A program made the translations under genes and the position numbers. Shown piece by piece: positions 9,704-19,091 of a DNA stretch of 64,000 bases (within the stretch, counting starts at the first letter, position 1; each line of letters opens with the position of its first letter). The DNA is from Chloroflexota bacterium (GTDB taxonomy: Bacteria > Chloroflexota > UBA11872 > VXOZ01), in NCBI GenBank assembly GCA_963662335.2, contig CAXXVD010000002.1, forward strand, positions 736,001 to 800,000, written 5' to 3'. Under the pieces are notes generated by a model. It was not told the DNA's origin. It did no database searches and saw only the letters and a program-made list of their open reading frames with translations.

Positions 9704-11062
9704 GTGAGTACATCACTGCAAGCCGGCGCGGCCACGGCGAACATCACGCCCTGGCTGGGCATCGAAGTGCCGGGGAGCCATCGCACACGCTACGCCGCGG
9801 ACGTAGACGACGAACTCCTGGCGAAGGCGCTGGTAATCGACAACGGCGAGACCCGGCTGGCGCTGGTCACGTGCGACCTGATCGTGATGCCCCAGGGCAT
9901 GGCGGACGCCGCCAAAGAGCGCATCGCCGAACGCTGCGGCATTCCGCCTGAAAACGTCATGATCAACGCCACCCATACGCATACCGCGGCCGGCATCGCC
10001 GACCTGCTCGGCACCAACGAGGACGCAGAGTACGTCGCCTGGGCGCCGCTGAAGATTGCCGACGCCGTGGCGGTGGCTACCCAGCGCATGGAGCCCGCCC
10101 GCGTCGGCTTTGCCACGGCCCACGAGGACCGCATCTCGTTCAATCGCCGCTGGCACATGCGCGACGGCACCGTGCGCATGAACCCGGGCGCGGACAATCC
10201 CGACAAGGTCAAGCCCACCTACCCGATCGACCCCGAAGTCACCATGCTCTACGTGGAAGGGGCCGGCGGCCGGCCCATCGCGGCCGTTTCCAATTTCGTG
10301 CTGCACTACGTGGGCACCGACAACGGCCTGGCCATCTCCGCGGACTACTTTGGGCATTTCCACCGGCTTATCCAACGCTACCTCGACCCCCAGTGCGTTG
10401 GCATGCTCTGGAACGGAACGTCGGGCGACATCAACAACCAAGACTACAGCGGCCAGCGCAAATGGACCGCCAGCGGCCATAAGCAAGCCATCAAGATGGC
10501 GAACGTGCTCGCCGGCCATCTCATCACCGAGATTCAACTGATGGAGATGCACGATACGCTCGAAATGGGCGCGGCGGTGGACACGTTCGACTTCCAACGC
10601 AAAGACATCACGGCGGAAGACCTGGCCATGGCGGAAAAGATCCTGGCCGTGCCGCCGGGCACCTACACCGATTACGATTCCGGGCCGTTTAGCTGGGTGG
10701 TCGGCCAAACGCTGCCGCATGGCCTTTCGGATGTCTATGCCGCCGAGTGCCAGCGCCTGGCGGAGATGCCGCTGACCCACACCGCGCCGGTGCAGGCGCT
10801 GCGGCTCGGCGACGCGGCGATCGTCGCGCTGCCCGGCGAGATCTTCGTGGAGTTCGGCCTGGACATTAAGGCGCAGTCGCCGGCCGCGCCGCAGTTCGTC
10901 GTAAGCCTGGCCAACGGCTACATCGGCTACGTCTGCACGGACAAAGCCCTGACCGAGCACGGCGGCTACGAGACCTGGGCCGGCTATTCGTCCCTGGGCG
11001 GCGTGGGCACCGGGCCGGCAATGCAGCAATGCGCGCTGGACGTGCTCGGCCGGCTGTTCTAA
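9704..11062 (+). CDS. Neutral/alkaline ceramidase-like amidohydrolase
   Basis: AGAATANITP, NATHTHTA, NRRW, NFVLHY, ISADYFG, GTSGDIN, LPGEIF, NGYIGY; GTG start 9704 after AGGAG. Confidence 0.8.
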   Translation: MSTSLQAGAATANITPWLGIEVPGSHRTRYAADVDDELLAKALVIDNGETRLALVTCDLIVMPQGMADAAKERIAERCGIPPENVMINATHTHTAAGIADLLGTNEDAEYVAWAPLKIADAVAVATQRMEPARVGFATAHEDRISFNRRWHMRDGTVRMNPGADNPDKVKPTYPIDPEVTMLYVEGAGGRPIAAVSNFVLHYVGTDNGLAISADYFGHFHRLIQRYLDPQCVGMLWNGTSGDINNQDYSGQRKWTASGHKQAIKMANVLAGHLITEIQLMEMHDTLEMGAAVDTFDFQRKDITAEDLAMAEKILAVPPGTYTDYDSGPFSWVVGQTLPHGLSDVYAAECQRLAEMPLTHTAPVQALRLGDAAIVALPGEIFVEFGLDIKAQSPAAPQFVVSLANGYIGYVCTDKALTEHGGYETWAGYSSLGGVGTGPAMQQCALDVLGRLF

Positions 11063-11121
11063 GCGTGCGGGTGCGCGCCTTCTGTCCCCTCTCCCCGACG
11101 GAGAGGGCGAGGGTGAAGGGT

Positions 11122-11551
11122 AATGCTGTCACATCGAACAGAGAGACGGCAAAACCAGCGTCCGAGACTTCTGGTAGCGCAGGTTTGTAACCTGCGAAGT
11201 TGTTAGGTCATTGCTTTGCAGGTTAGTACTAATGGCCTCGGCGGGGGACAAGCCCCATTGCTGTCGCATTAAACAGGGAGGCAGCAAAACCAGCGTCCGA
11301 GACTTCTGGTAGCGCAGGTTTGTAACCTGCGAAGTTGTTAGGTCAATCCTTTGCAGGTTAGTTCTAATGGCCTCGGCGGGGGAGAAGCCCCATTGCTGTC
11401 GCATTAAACAGGGAGGCAGCAAAACTCGCGACCAAGATCTCCGGTAGCGCAGGTTTGTAACCTGCGAAGTTGTTAGGTCAATCCTTTGCAGGTTAGTTCT
11501 AATGGCCTCGGCGGGGGACAAGCCCCCGCGCTACGTTAATGCGACAACATT
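11122..11551. mobile_element. MITE-like element A (AATGCTGTCGCA-type ends) with its left 135 bp triplicated, inserted into a REP
   Basis: 135-bp period (AAAAC at 11151, 11286, 11421); inverted ends AATGCTGTCACA / TGCGACAACATT; flanks AGGGTGAAGGGT and AGGGTGAGGGCC; inverted homolog at 14605-14765. Confidence 0.75.
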
Positions 11552-11602
11552 AGGGTGAGGGCCACACTCGCTGTCAAGCTAGGCAAAGAGGAGCACGCAA
11601 GC

Positions 11603-12691
11603 ATGAGCGAAAGCAAAATTCGCATCGCCGTCATTGGCTGCGGCGGCATCAGCACCGGCCACATCAACGCCTACGCCCGCATGAGCGAAGCCTGCGAGTT
11701 GGCCTACTGCGTGGACGTGGACGAGGAGAAAGCGAAGGCCGAGGCCGAGCGCACCGGCGCCAGGTGGGCCACGGACTATCTTTCGGTCCTCGATGAAGTG
11801 GACGCCGTGGACATCTGCACACCGCCCCATCTCCACGCCGAGATGAGCCTGGCCGCCATGCGCCGCGGCAAGCACGTGCTCACCGAAAAGGTCATGGCCA
11901 CCACGCTGGAAGACGCCGACGAGATGATCCGCGTGGCCGACGAGCAGAACGTCAAGCTCATGGTGGCCTACGTCACGCGCTACCAACCCATCTGGCAGAA
12001 GCTCAACCAACTGGTTGCCGGCGGCGACTACGGCCAGCCCTACATGGCGCAGGTGCGCACGGAAGACAACATGGCGAATCCCGCCGGCTGGCGCAAGTCG
12101 TGGAAGACCTTTCCCATGGGCTGCCTGCTCAGCCACGGCTGCCACTACGTCGACCAGATGATCTGGAACATGGGCGACGTCGTGCAAGCCACGTGCCTGA
12201 GCGACGACCGCTTTCGCAAGGAAACCCTGGGCCGCGAGGATACCGCCGTTTCCATCTACCGCTTTGCCAGCGGCGCGTTGGGCAACTACGTGGCGTCCTG
12301 GGGCACCAAGCACAGCGATTGCCACCTGCGCTTCGCGATCTACCTGGAGGGCGGGGAGCTAATTCTCAGCTACGACCCGGACGGCGTCCGCCGCCTGAAC
12401 CTCTGGCAAGCGGGCGATAAGGAAGGCACGCTGCTCGTGGAGGACGACCCCAGCAAGGCCGACCTGATGGACGCCTTCAGCGCCCGCAAGAACTTTGCCG
12501 GCGAGTGCGAGCACTTCATCGACTGCATCGTGAACGACAAGACGCCGCTTACCGACGGCGTGGAGTCCAAGAAGTCGATGGAAGCCATCATCGCCGCCTA
12601 CCACGGCGAGGACTACGGCATGATCGCCGACCTGCCCCTGGAAAACGTGCGGCCGCAGATGGTCTGGCGCAGGACGGACGAGGTCTGGTAG
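11603..12691 (+). CDS. Gfo/Idh/MocA family oxidoreductase
   Basis: IAVIGCGGIS Rossmann motif, DAVDICTPPHLH, GKHVLTEKV; GAGGAG RBS before ATG 11603. Confidence 0.9.
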   Translation: MSESKIRIAVIGCGGISTGHINAYARMSEACELAYCVDVDEEKAKAEAERTGARWATDYLSVLDEVDAVDICTPPHLHAEMSLAAMRRGKHVLTEKVMATTLEDADEMIRVADEQNVKLMVAYVTRYQPIWQKLNQLVAGGDYGQPYMAQVRTEDNMANPAGWRKSWKTFPMGCLLSHGCHYVDQMIWNMGDVVQATCLSDDRFRKETLGREDTAVSIYRFASGALGNYVASWGTKHSDCHLRFAIYLEGGELILSYDPDGVRRLNLWQAGDKEGTLLVEDDPSKADLMDAFSARKNFAGECEHFIDCIVNDKTPLTDGVESKKSMEAIIAAYHGEDYGMIADLPLENVRPQMVWRRTDEVW

Positions 12692-12750
12692 CCCACGAAG
12701 CGCGCTAGCGGCGGTTCGCGAGGCCCGCCGCCAAAGAGCATTGCCAACGG

Positions 12751-12778
12751 GTAGGGGCACGACATGTCGTGCCCCTAC
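12751..12778. repeat. GTAG-type REP palindrome GTAGGGGCACGACRYGTCGTGCCCCTAC (also 22676-22703, 46470-46497)
   Basis: Three near-identical palindromic copies, all extragenic and downstream of genes. Confidence 0.9.
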
Positions 12779-12930
12779 CCGTTTGACAATTCCAGGCCAA
12801 AGTGGACTTGAATGCCCAAAGAGATGCTATCTTGCCGTGCGGCGCGTGCCCGGTAACATTTGACAACCACCCCAAAGCAACAGCAGAATGACACGAGACG
12901 ATTAACGCTTGTGCGAGAAAGGGGCCACTT

Positions 12931-14493
12931 ATGGGTGAGATAGCGGGATTGAGCCTATGGTTCATCATCGTCTCGATCATCTACGTGCTTGTGCTGATCG
13001 GCATCGCCATCCACCGCTACAGTCAACGGCAAGAGATGGCGGATCACGTGCTCGGCGGCAGGCGGATGGGCCCCATTTCCTCGGGCATTAGCGCCGGTTC
13101 GTCATTGGAACGCGGGTGGGCGCTGTTCATCCTGCCCGCCGTCGCCTTCGAAGCCGGGTTCGCGGCGCTGGGTGTCGGGCTGGCCGTCGTGATTGGCATC
13201 TGGGGCGCTTGGAAAGTCATCGCCCCCCGGCTCTACCGTTTCACCATCGCGGCCCAAAACGCCCTCACCATCCCGGACTTCCTGGAGCAGCGCTTCAACG
13301 AGAAGACCGGTCTCCTGCGGTCGGCGGCGGCGCTCTTTACGGTCATCTTCGTTTCCTTCTACGTCAGCGCAGGTCTGATTGCCGGCGGCAATCTGCTCCA
13401 TTCCGTGCTTGGCCTCGACTTCCGCGTAGGAGGAACGATAACGCTCCTGGTTGTGCTGTCGTACATCTTCCTGGGCGGCTACGTCGTGGTTGTCAGGACA
13501 GACGTCTTCCAGGGCCTCCTGATGGTCGGCGGCGTCTTCATCATGTCGTTCGCGATGTTCTTCGCCGCGAATAACACCCTCGAAAGCCTGGGCGGCGCTT
13601 TCAGTGATGCCGTGGATCTGTTTACCGGCGGTGACAGTGCGGAAATTGGCCTGCCGGAGGCCGCGAGCATTCCGATTATCATCGTTTCCCTGCTGATGAT
13701 GGTCGCCTGGGCGCAGGGCGCGTTTGGCGCGCAGCGGCTGATGCAGCGCTTCATGGCGGTGGAGAGTGAGGCGGCGATGCCGGGCAGCCGCAGGATTAGC
13801 ACCGCGTGGATGTTCGTCCTCTTGGCTGCGAGCATCGTGCTTGGTCTGGTGGCCAACGCCGCCTTTGCGCAGGAGGGCATAGACGTCGACCTCGCCATGG
13901 ACGAGGGCCGGCACAAGGGCATTCACCTCTTCTTCCTGGCCGCCGACACCTTCTTGCCTCCGATTCTCGGCGCACTGGGTTTGAGCGCCGTTACCGCCGC
14001 CGTCATGAGCACCATGGACTCGCAGTTGCTCCTGGCTTCGGGTGTCGCCACCTCTGACTTGCCGCTCATTCGGGGCTTTGCCAACCGCAGGCGCTTCGAG
14101 TACGCGTGGGGCGCTTACGCCAGGGTCTGGATCGGCCGTTTCATGCTGGTCGTCATCGGCCTCATCTCATTGCTCCTGGCCTTGACGATCCCCAACTCCG
14201 TCTGGGATATGATCTCGTATGCCTGGCTGGGCATGGGCGGGACTTTCGGGCCGCTCATCGTGCTGGCGTTGTATTGGCGGCGGTTCAACGTCTGGGGCGC
14301 GTGGGCGGCGCTGCTCGCGGGCGGGGTTACGTCCATTGTCTTCGCGGCGTTGGACATGCCTGTCATATTGCTCGCCGTCGCCATGCTCGCCGTTGGGCCT
14401 CTTGCCGTCGTCGTGAGCCTGCTCACCGGCAAGCCCTCCGGCCAGGTCGTCGCGCTCTTCGACCGGTTGCTTGGCAAGTCTGAAGCCGGTTGA
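12931..14493 (+). CDS. Sodium:solute symporter (PutP-like), paralog 1
   Basis: VLGGRRMGP, LTIPDFLEQRF, GGYVVVVRTDVFQG, AAVMSTMDSQLL, LYWRRFN; ~13 TM segments. Confidence 0.88.
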   Translation: MGEIAGLSLWFIIVSIIYVLVLIGIAIHRYSQRQEMADHVLGGRRMGPISSGISAGSSLERGWALFILPAVAFEAGFAALGVGLAVVIGIWGAWKVIAPRLYRFTIAAQNALTIPDFLEQRFNEKTGLLRSAAALFTVIFVSFYVSAGLIAGGNLLHSVLGLDFRVGGTITLLVVLSYIFLGGYVVVVRTDVFQGLLMVGGVFIMSFAMFFAANNTLESLGGAFSDAVDLFTGGDSAEIGLPEAASIPIIIVSLLMMVAWAQGAFGAQRLMQRFMAVESEAAMPGSRRISTAWMFVLLAASIVLGLVANAAFAQEGIDVDLAMDEGRHKGIHLFFLAADTFLPPILGALGLSAVTAAVMSTMDSQLLLASGVATSDLPLIRGFANRRRFEYAWGAYARVWIGRFMLVVIGLISLLLALTIPNSVWDMISYAWLGMGGTFGPLIVLALYWRRFNVWGAWAALLAGGVTSIVFAALDMPVILLAVAMLAVGPLAVVVSLLTGKPSGQVVALFDRLLGKSEAG

Positions 14494-14604
14494 GACCCGA
14501 GACAATATCGCGGTCCGCCGCTGGCGCGCACCAGCGCGCTCTCGCGTAGCGGGTAGCCGGCCGCGCGCCGGCCGCTCCGGCGCGGTAGGGGCGGTTCGCG
14601 AACC

Positions 14605-14765
14605 ACAGTTGTCGCATTAGCGTAGCGCGGGGGCTTGTCCCCCGCCGGAGCCATTCAAACTGGCGCGACAAGGATTGACCTTACAGGTTCGCAGGTTACA
14701 AACCTGCGCTACCGGAGATGTGAGGCATGGTTCGCATCGCCATTTGAGTTTAGTGCGACAGCATT
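14605..14765. mobile_element. MITE-like element A, single copy in opposite orientation, inside a GTAGGGGCGGTTCGCGAACCGCCC REP
   Basis: Reverse complement aligns along its length with 11392-11551; flanked by GGTTCGCGAACC (14593-14604) and GGTTTGCGAACC (14766-14777). Confidence 0.78.
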
Positions 14766-14822
14766 GGTTTGCGAACCGCCCTTACACCGAGATTGAGGGA
14801 GCCTCCCTTGGGCGATAGCGCC

Positions 14823-16121
14823 TCATACGAGCGGGTCCAGAATACTCTCGTAGCCGGGCACGAAGAGCCGCTGGTACGTGCGTTCGGCTTGAAAGTCGGT
14901 CATGGTGGCGATATAGTCGCAGGCCACGCGCCGGCGCTCCGTATCATCACGCGCCGCGGCAAAGCGGTCTTGGAACTCCAGCGGGTACATCGCCGCGTTT
15001 TCTTCTGCCTGAAAGACGCCAAACAGCCGGTCCACCATGTGGTGGGCGCGGTGGGCGAGCGTCGTCACCCGCGGTTCCGCGAACACCAACACGAACGCCA
15101 CCTGCTTCAGCACTTCGCAGCGCCGCTCCTGGGCCTCGGGCACCATGAGGCCGTAGCGGTATCGTTCCGATTGGCTTGCCGTCCATCCCAGTCGCGGCGC
15201 GCCCTGGGCGCAGCGCACGAATTCATCGATGAGGCGCGAGGTCAAGTCCTTTAGCGCCGCCCGCGCGCGCCGCGGCGTCGGCAGGCCTTCCAGTGCAAGC
15301 AAACGCGCCGCCAACCAGTCGAGTTCGCCCACCACTTCATCAGCCGGCCAGGCGCGCCCGCGTTCTTCCGCCCCCTCCTGTACCCGCTGGATGACGGCCT
15401 CTTGATTCGCGGGCCGCCGCAAGTGTTGCACCGTGATCATCCCCACGTGAATGCCATCCTCCAAGTCGTGCGCCGAGTAGGCCACGTCGTCGGCCCAATT
15501 CATGATCTGGCATTCGAAAGACCGCTCCTCCGCCGAGCCGTATTCGCAGACCCACTCGAGGAGAGGCGCGTCGTCCGCATAGCAGGACTTGCTCGATGTG
15601 GGTCGTGAACCGTGAATAGCCTTGTACTTGAGCAGCCCATCCAGCACCCCTCGCGATAGATTGAGCCCCGCATAGCGGTCGGACTTGACCTCCAGCCGGG
15701 TCAAGACGCGCAGATTCTGGGCGTTGGCCTCGAAACTGCCGTGTTCCGCCATGCGCGCGCGCAAGACCTGTTCGCCGTAGTGGCCGAACGGCGGGTGGCC
15801 GATGTCGTGGGCCAGGCAAATCCCCTCAACCAACGTCGGATCGACGCCCAGCCGCAACGCCAGCGCCTTGCCGATCTGCGCCACTTCCAAAGAGTGTGTA
15901 AGCCGCGTGCGGAAGAAGTCGCCGTAGCGCACGCCGAACACCTGCGTCTTGCCCTGCAAGCGGCGAAAAGCGGCGCTGTGGACGATGCGCGCGCGGTCGC
16001 GCTCGAACTCCCCTCGTTCGTCATCGACCTTGGCAGCCTCAGGGTGGAGGCGCTCGCGGTCTTGCGGTGTATAGCGAATCACGTCATTTGACCACTCGCG
16101 GGCAGATGGCGCGCGCTGCAC
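14823..16121 (-). CDS. dgt: dGTP triphosphohydrolase (HD domain)
   Basis: RDRARIVHSAAFRRLQGKTQV, RTRLTHSLEV, LAHDIGHPPFGH, FEANAQ, WADDVAYSAHDLED, DYIATMTD; true start may be GTG 16082. Confidence 0.92.
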   Translation of the reverse strand: MQRAPSAREWSNDVIRYTPQDRERLHPEAAKVDDERGEFERDRARIVHSAAFRRLQGKTQVFGVRYGDFFRTRLTHSLEVAQIGKALALRLGVDPTLVEGICLAHDIGHPPFGHYGEQVLRARMAEHGSFEANAQNLRVLTRLEVKSDRYAGLNLSRGVLDGLLKYKAIHGSRPTSSKSCYADDAPLLEWVCEYGSAEERSFECQIMNWADDVAYSAHDLEDGIHVGMITVQHLRRPANQEAVIQRVQEGAEERGRAWPADEVVGELDWLAARLLALEGLPTPRRARAALKDLTSRLIDEFVRCAQGAPRLGWTASQSERYRYGLMVPEAQERRCEVLKQVAFVLVFAEPRVTTLAHRAHHMVDRLFGVFQAEENAAMYPLEFQDRFAAARDDTERRRVACDYIATMTDFQAERTYQRLFVPGYESILDPLV

Positions 16122-16275
16122 GCGCCATTGGCCCCGCCTCGCCTCATGCGTCTCTTGCTATTACGTCTACCATAGTCCGAAGACGCACCCCCCACAAGCG
16201 CCGCCGCCGGCCTCGCCACTTCACGCGCGCTCTCTGAAGAGAGTTGCCGTACGCCAATTGCGTTCGTCTCGCAGT

Positions 16276-16304
16276 TTGACAATTTCGTTGCCACCTTGTA
16301 GTCT
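16276..16304 (+). promoter_or_regulatory. Putative sigma70-type promoter of symporter paralog 2
   Basis: TTGACA-17 bp-TAGTCT, 50 bp before the start codon. Confidence 0.55.
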
Positions 16305-16353
16305 TTAGGCACGCTTTCGCGGTACACCGTAGTACACAGAGAGAAGGCCCGCC

Positions 16354-17898
16354 ATGTCACAGCTCGACCAGTCACTCCTCATCTTGTTCATCGTCTATGT
16401 CCTCGCGGTGATCGGCATATCGCTCTACCGCACCAACCGGGCGCAAGAGATGGCGGACCACGTGCTCGCGGGCCGGCGCGTGGGCGCAATTACCACCGGC
16501 CTGAGCGCCAGTTCCTCACTGGAGCGGGGTTGGGCGATTTTCGTCCTGCCCGCGCTCGCAATCGGGTTCCGCTTCATGGTCATAGGCATGGCGATCGCCA
16601 TAATCCTGGGCCTGTGGGCGTCTTGGAAGTTGCTCGGGCCCCGGCTGCGCCGCTTTACCTTCGCGGCCCAGAACTCGCTCACCCTGCCGGAATTCCTGGA
16701 GCGGCGCTTCGATGACCACACCGGCGTTTTGCGTCTGCTGGCAGCCGTTTTGACCCTCGTGTTCGTGCTCTTCTACGTGAGCGCCGGCATCATGGCCGGC
16801 GGCATTCTTTTCAATATCGCATTCGGCGTGAGCAATGCCGTTGGCGGCCTCATGACAATACTCGTGGTCCTGGCCTACATCTTCATTGGCGGCTACCTGG
16901 TGGTCGCGCGCACCGATGTCTTTCAGGGCATAGTCACAGTGCTTGGCGTGGCCATCCTGGCAGTTGCCGTCTATGTAGTTGCCGACAACCCGACTGCGGG
17001 AATCGCAGACTTCTCCGGCGATGCCCTGTTCGACATTACCGGGATAAACAACGCGGTCATCTTCTTGCTTCTCATTCCTTTCATGGTGGCCATGGCCCAA
17101 GGCGCATTTGGCGCGCAGAGGCTCTTGCAGCGCTTCATGGCGGCCGAAAGTGAAGGGATAATGGATACCAGCCGCAGGCTGAGCCTTGCCTGGATCTTCA
17201 TCATCTTTGCGTTCAGCATCATTCTCGGCCTCTTTGCCGGGAACGCCGTGGCCGAAGGGGGCGCCGACCTCGGTCTATCCGGTGAAGCGGCGCTTGAGAT
17301 GTCGCCTATGGATAGTGAGCGGGGCATTCAGTTCTTCTACTGGTTGGCAGAACTCATCGATAATCCCATCCTTGGCGCCATTGCCCTCACCGCCGTCATC
17401 GCCGCGGTGATGAGCACGATCGACTCGCAGGCGCTCATCGGCGCCAGTGTGGCCGCCTCCGACCTGCCGCTTGTGCGACAGTATGCGCAGCGCAAGCGTT
17501 TCGAGTTCGTGTTGGGCGCTTACATGCGCGTCTGGATCGGCCGCCTGATGTTGATTCTCATCTCGCTTGTCGCTTGGCTGCTGGCCATGCTCTCCCCCAA
17601 CTCAGTCGTCACCTTTCTCCTGTACGCTTGGCTGGGCATGGGCTGCACCTTCGGGCCGGTGGTCCTCCTGTCGCTCTATTGGCGCCGCTTCAACATCTAT
17701 GGCGCGATGACCGGGCTTATCGCAGGGGGACTGTTGACGATCGGTTGCGCACTCTTGGGATTTGGGTTCATCGATCTTGGCCTGTATTCGCTCGGCGTAT
17801 TGCCGCTTACCGTGCTGGTCACCCTGGTTACCAAGGCGCCGTCCGCCGCAGTGGAAGAGTTGTTCGACCAGGGCATAGCCAAGACCGAGGCTGCGTAG
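16354..17898 (+). CDS. Sodium:solute symporter (PutP-like), paralog 2
   Basis: Collinear with 12931-14493 (QEMADHVL, SSLERGWA, AQGAFGAQRL, AAVMSTIDSQ, RVWIGR). Confidence 0.88.
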   Translation: MSQLDQSLLILFIVYVLAVIGISLYRTNRAQEMADHVLAGRRVGAITTGLSASSSLERGWAIFVLPALAIGFRFMVIGMAIAIILGLWASWKLLGPRLRRFTFAAQNSLTLPEFLERRFDDHTGVLRLLAAVLTLVFVLFYVSAGIMAGGILFNIAFGVSNAVGGLMTILVVLAYIFIGGYLVVARTDVFQGIVTVLGVAILAVAVYVVADNPTAGIADFSGDALFDITGINNAVIFLLLIPFMVAMAQGAFGAQRLLQRFMAAESEGIMDTSRRLSLAWIFIIFAFSIILGLFAGNAVAEGGADLGLSGEAALEMSPMDSERGIQFFYWLAELIDNPILGAIALTAVIAAVMSTIDSQALIGASVAASDLPLVRQYAQRKRFEFVLGAYMRVWIGRLMLILISLVAWLLAMLSPNSVVTFLLYAWLGMGCTFGPVVLLSLYWRRFNIYGAMTGLIAGGLLTIGCALLGFGFIDLGLYSLGVLPLTVLVTLVTKAPSAAVEELFDQGIAKTEAA

Positions 17899-17981
17899 AC
17901 CCGCTCCGGGATCATGCCCCGCGAGCGCATGACGGTCTTCCTGAGCGAAGCGCACCCTTTCACAGCTAGCGGCTAGTATCG

Positions 17982-18012
17982 AGGGCGCTCCGGGTTCTAC
18001 CGGGAGCGCCCT
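17982..18012. terminator. GC-rich hairpin downstream of symporter 2
   Basis: AGGGCGCTCC...GGAGCGCCCT inverted repeat; weak U tail. Confidence 0.35.
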
Positions 18013-18165
18013 TCCCTATAGCCGGTTGCCAGTGGGCTGCGTGCTCGATAATCCCCGTCACGCTCTTTCTCTTGATCACAGAGGCTTCCATCTCGTCCGG
18101 TCTGCTATTGTATGCACAGTTAACCGGCGTCACGTGGAACTCAACACGCAGCAGCGAGAGAGCAC

Positions 18166-19086
18166 ATGCAAACCAATGCCGCAAGACCTACCGCGAACAT
18201 CTCGTGGAAGCAGGAAGTAGCGCAAGCGCCGTGGACGAAACGCGACTCCATGGGCGCGGCCGTCTTTCACGATAGGATGTGGCTCTTTGGCGGCTTCATT
18301 CCCACGCGGGTCAATGACGTCTGGACGTCTGCCGACGGCCTCGCCTGGGAAGAAGTCACGCCCGCCGCGCCGTGGCCCACGCGCAACCTGCCCTGCACGC
18401 TGGTCTACGACGACAAGGTCTGGCTCTTTGGCGGCGCGGAAAAGCCCGCCGTTGCCTACAATGACGTATGGTGTTCGGCGGACGGCCACGCCTGGACCGC
18501 CGCCACGCTGAGCGCCCCGTGGGCCGGGCGCGCCGCCGCTTCCGCGCTGGTCTACGACGGCAGGATGTGGCTCTTTGGCGGCTTCGACATTGGCACGTTC
18601 CACCACTTCAACGACGTGTGGACGTCTACCGACGGCGCGCATTGGGACCTGGTGACGGAATACGCGCCGTGGAGCGCCCGCTCCATGCAGACCTCGCTGG
18701 TCTTCGACGGCAAGATGTGGCTCATGGGCGGCGGCGTGTACAACGACAATTACCCCAGCAACACCGTGGTCGACCACGGCGACGTCTGGTGCTCCACCGA
18801 CGGCGCGTCGTGGGAAATGGTGACGCCGGCCGCCGCGTGGCCGGAGCGGCGCTTCCACGCCGCCGCGGTCTATGACGAGAAGATGTGGGTCATCGGCGGC
18901 TACCACGACGGCAACCGCAACGACGTCTGGTTCTCAGCCGACGGAGCCAACTGGATAGAGGCAATTGGCGACCCGATTTGGCCAATCCGCCACGCGCCGG
19001 TATGCCTCGCCTACCGCGGCAAGCTGTGGGTGATCGGCGGCTTTGGCGACACCCTCTATAACGACGTGTGGTCGTACCGGCGGTAG
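18166..19086 (+). CDS. Kelch-like beta-propeller repeat protein
   Basis: Six repeats of (F/Y)DxKMWLxGG...NDVWxSxDGxxW...APWxxR. Confidence 0.85.
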   Translation: MQTNAARPTANISWKQEVAQAPWTKRDSMGAAVFHDRMWLFGGFIPTRVNDVWTSADGLAWEEVTPAAPWPTRNLPCTLVYDDKVWLFGGAEKPAVAYNDVWCSADGHAWTAATLSAPWAGRAAASALVYDGRMWLFGGFDIGTFHHFNDVWTSTDGAHWDLVTEYAPWSARSMQTSLVFDGKMWLMGGGVYNDNYPSNTVVDHGDVWCSTDGASWEMVTPAAAWPERRFHAAAVYDEKMWVIGGYHDGNRNDVWFSADGANWIEAIGDPIWPIRHAPVCLAYRGKLWVIGGFGDTLYNDVWSYRR

Positions 19087-19091
19087 CGCGC

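Noticed and set aside
11129-11521. 130-aa ORF with a 45-aa triple repeat
   Set aside because: By-product of the 135-bp (multiple of 3) repeat; start lies within a REP and there is no RBS
14823-16121. dGTPase as an antiphage nucleotide-depletion effector
   Set aside because: Host-like GC, outside the defence region, looks like housekeeping Dgt; only phylogeny could overturn this
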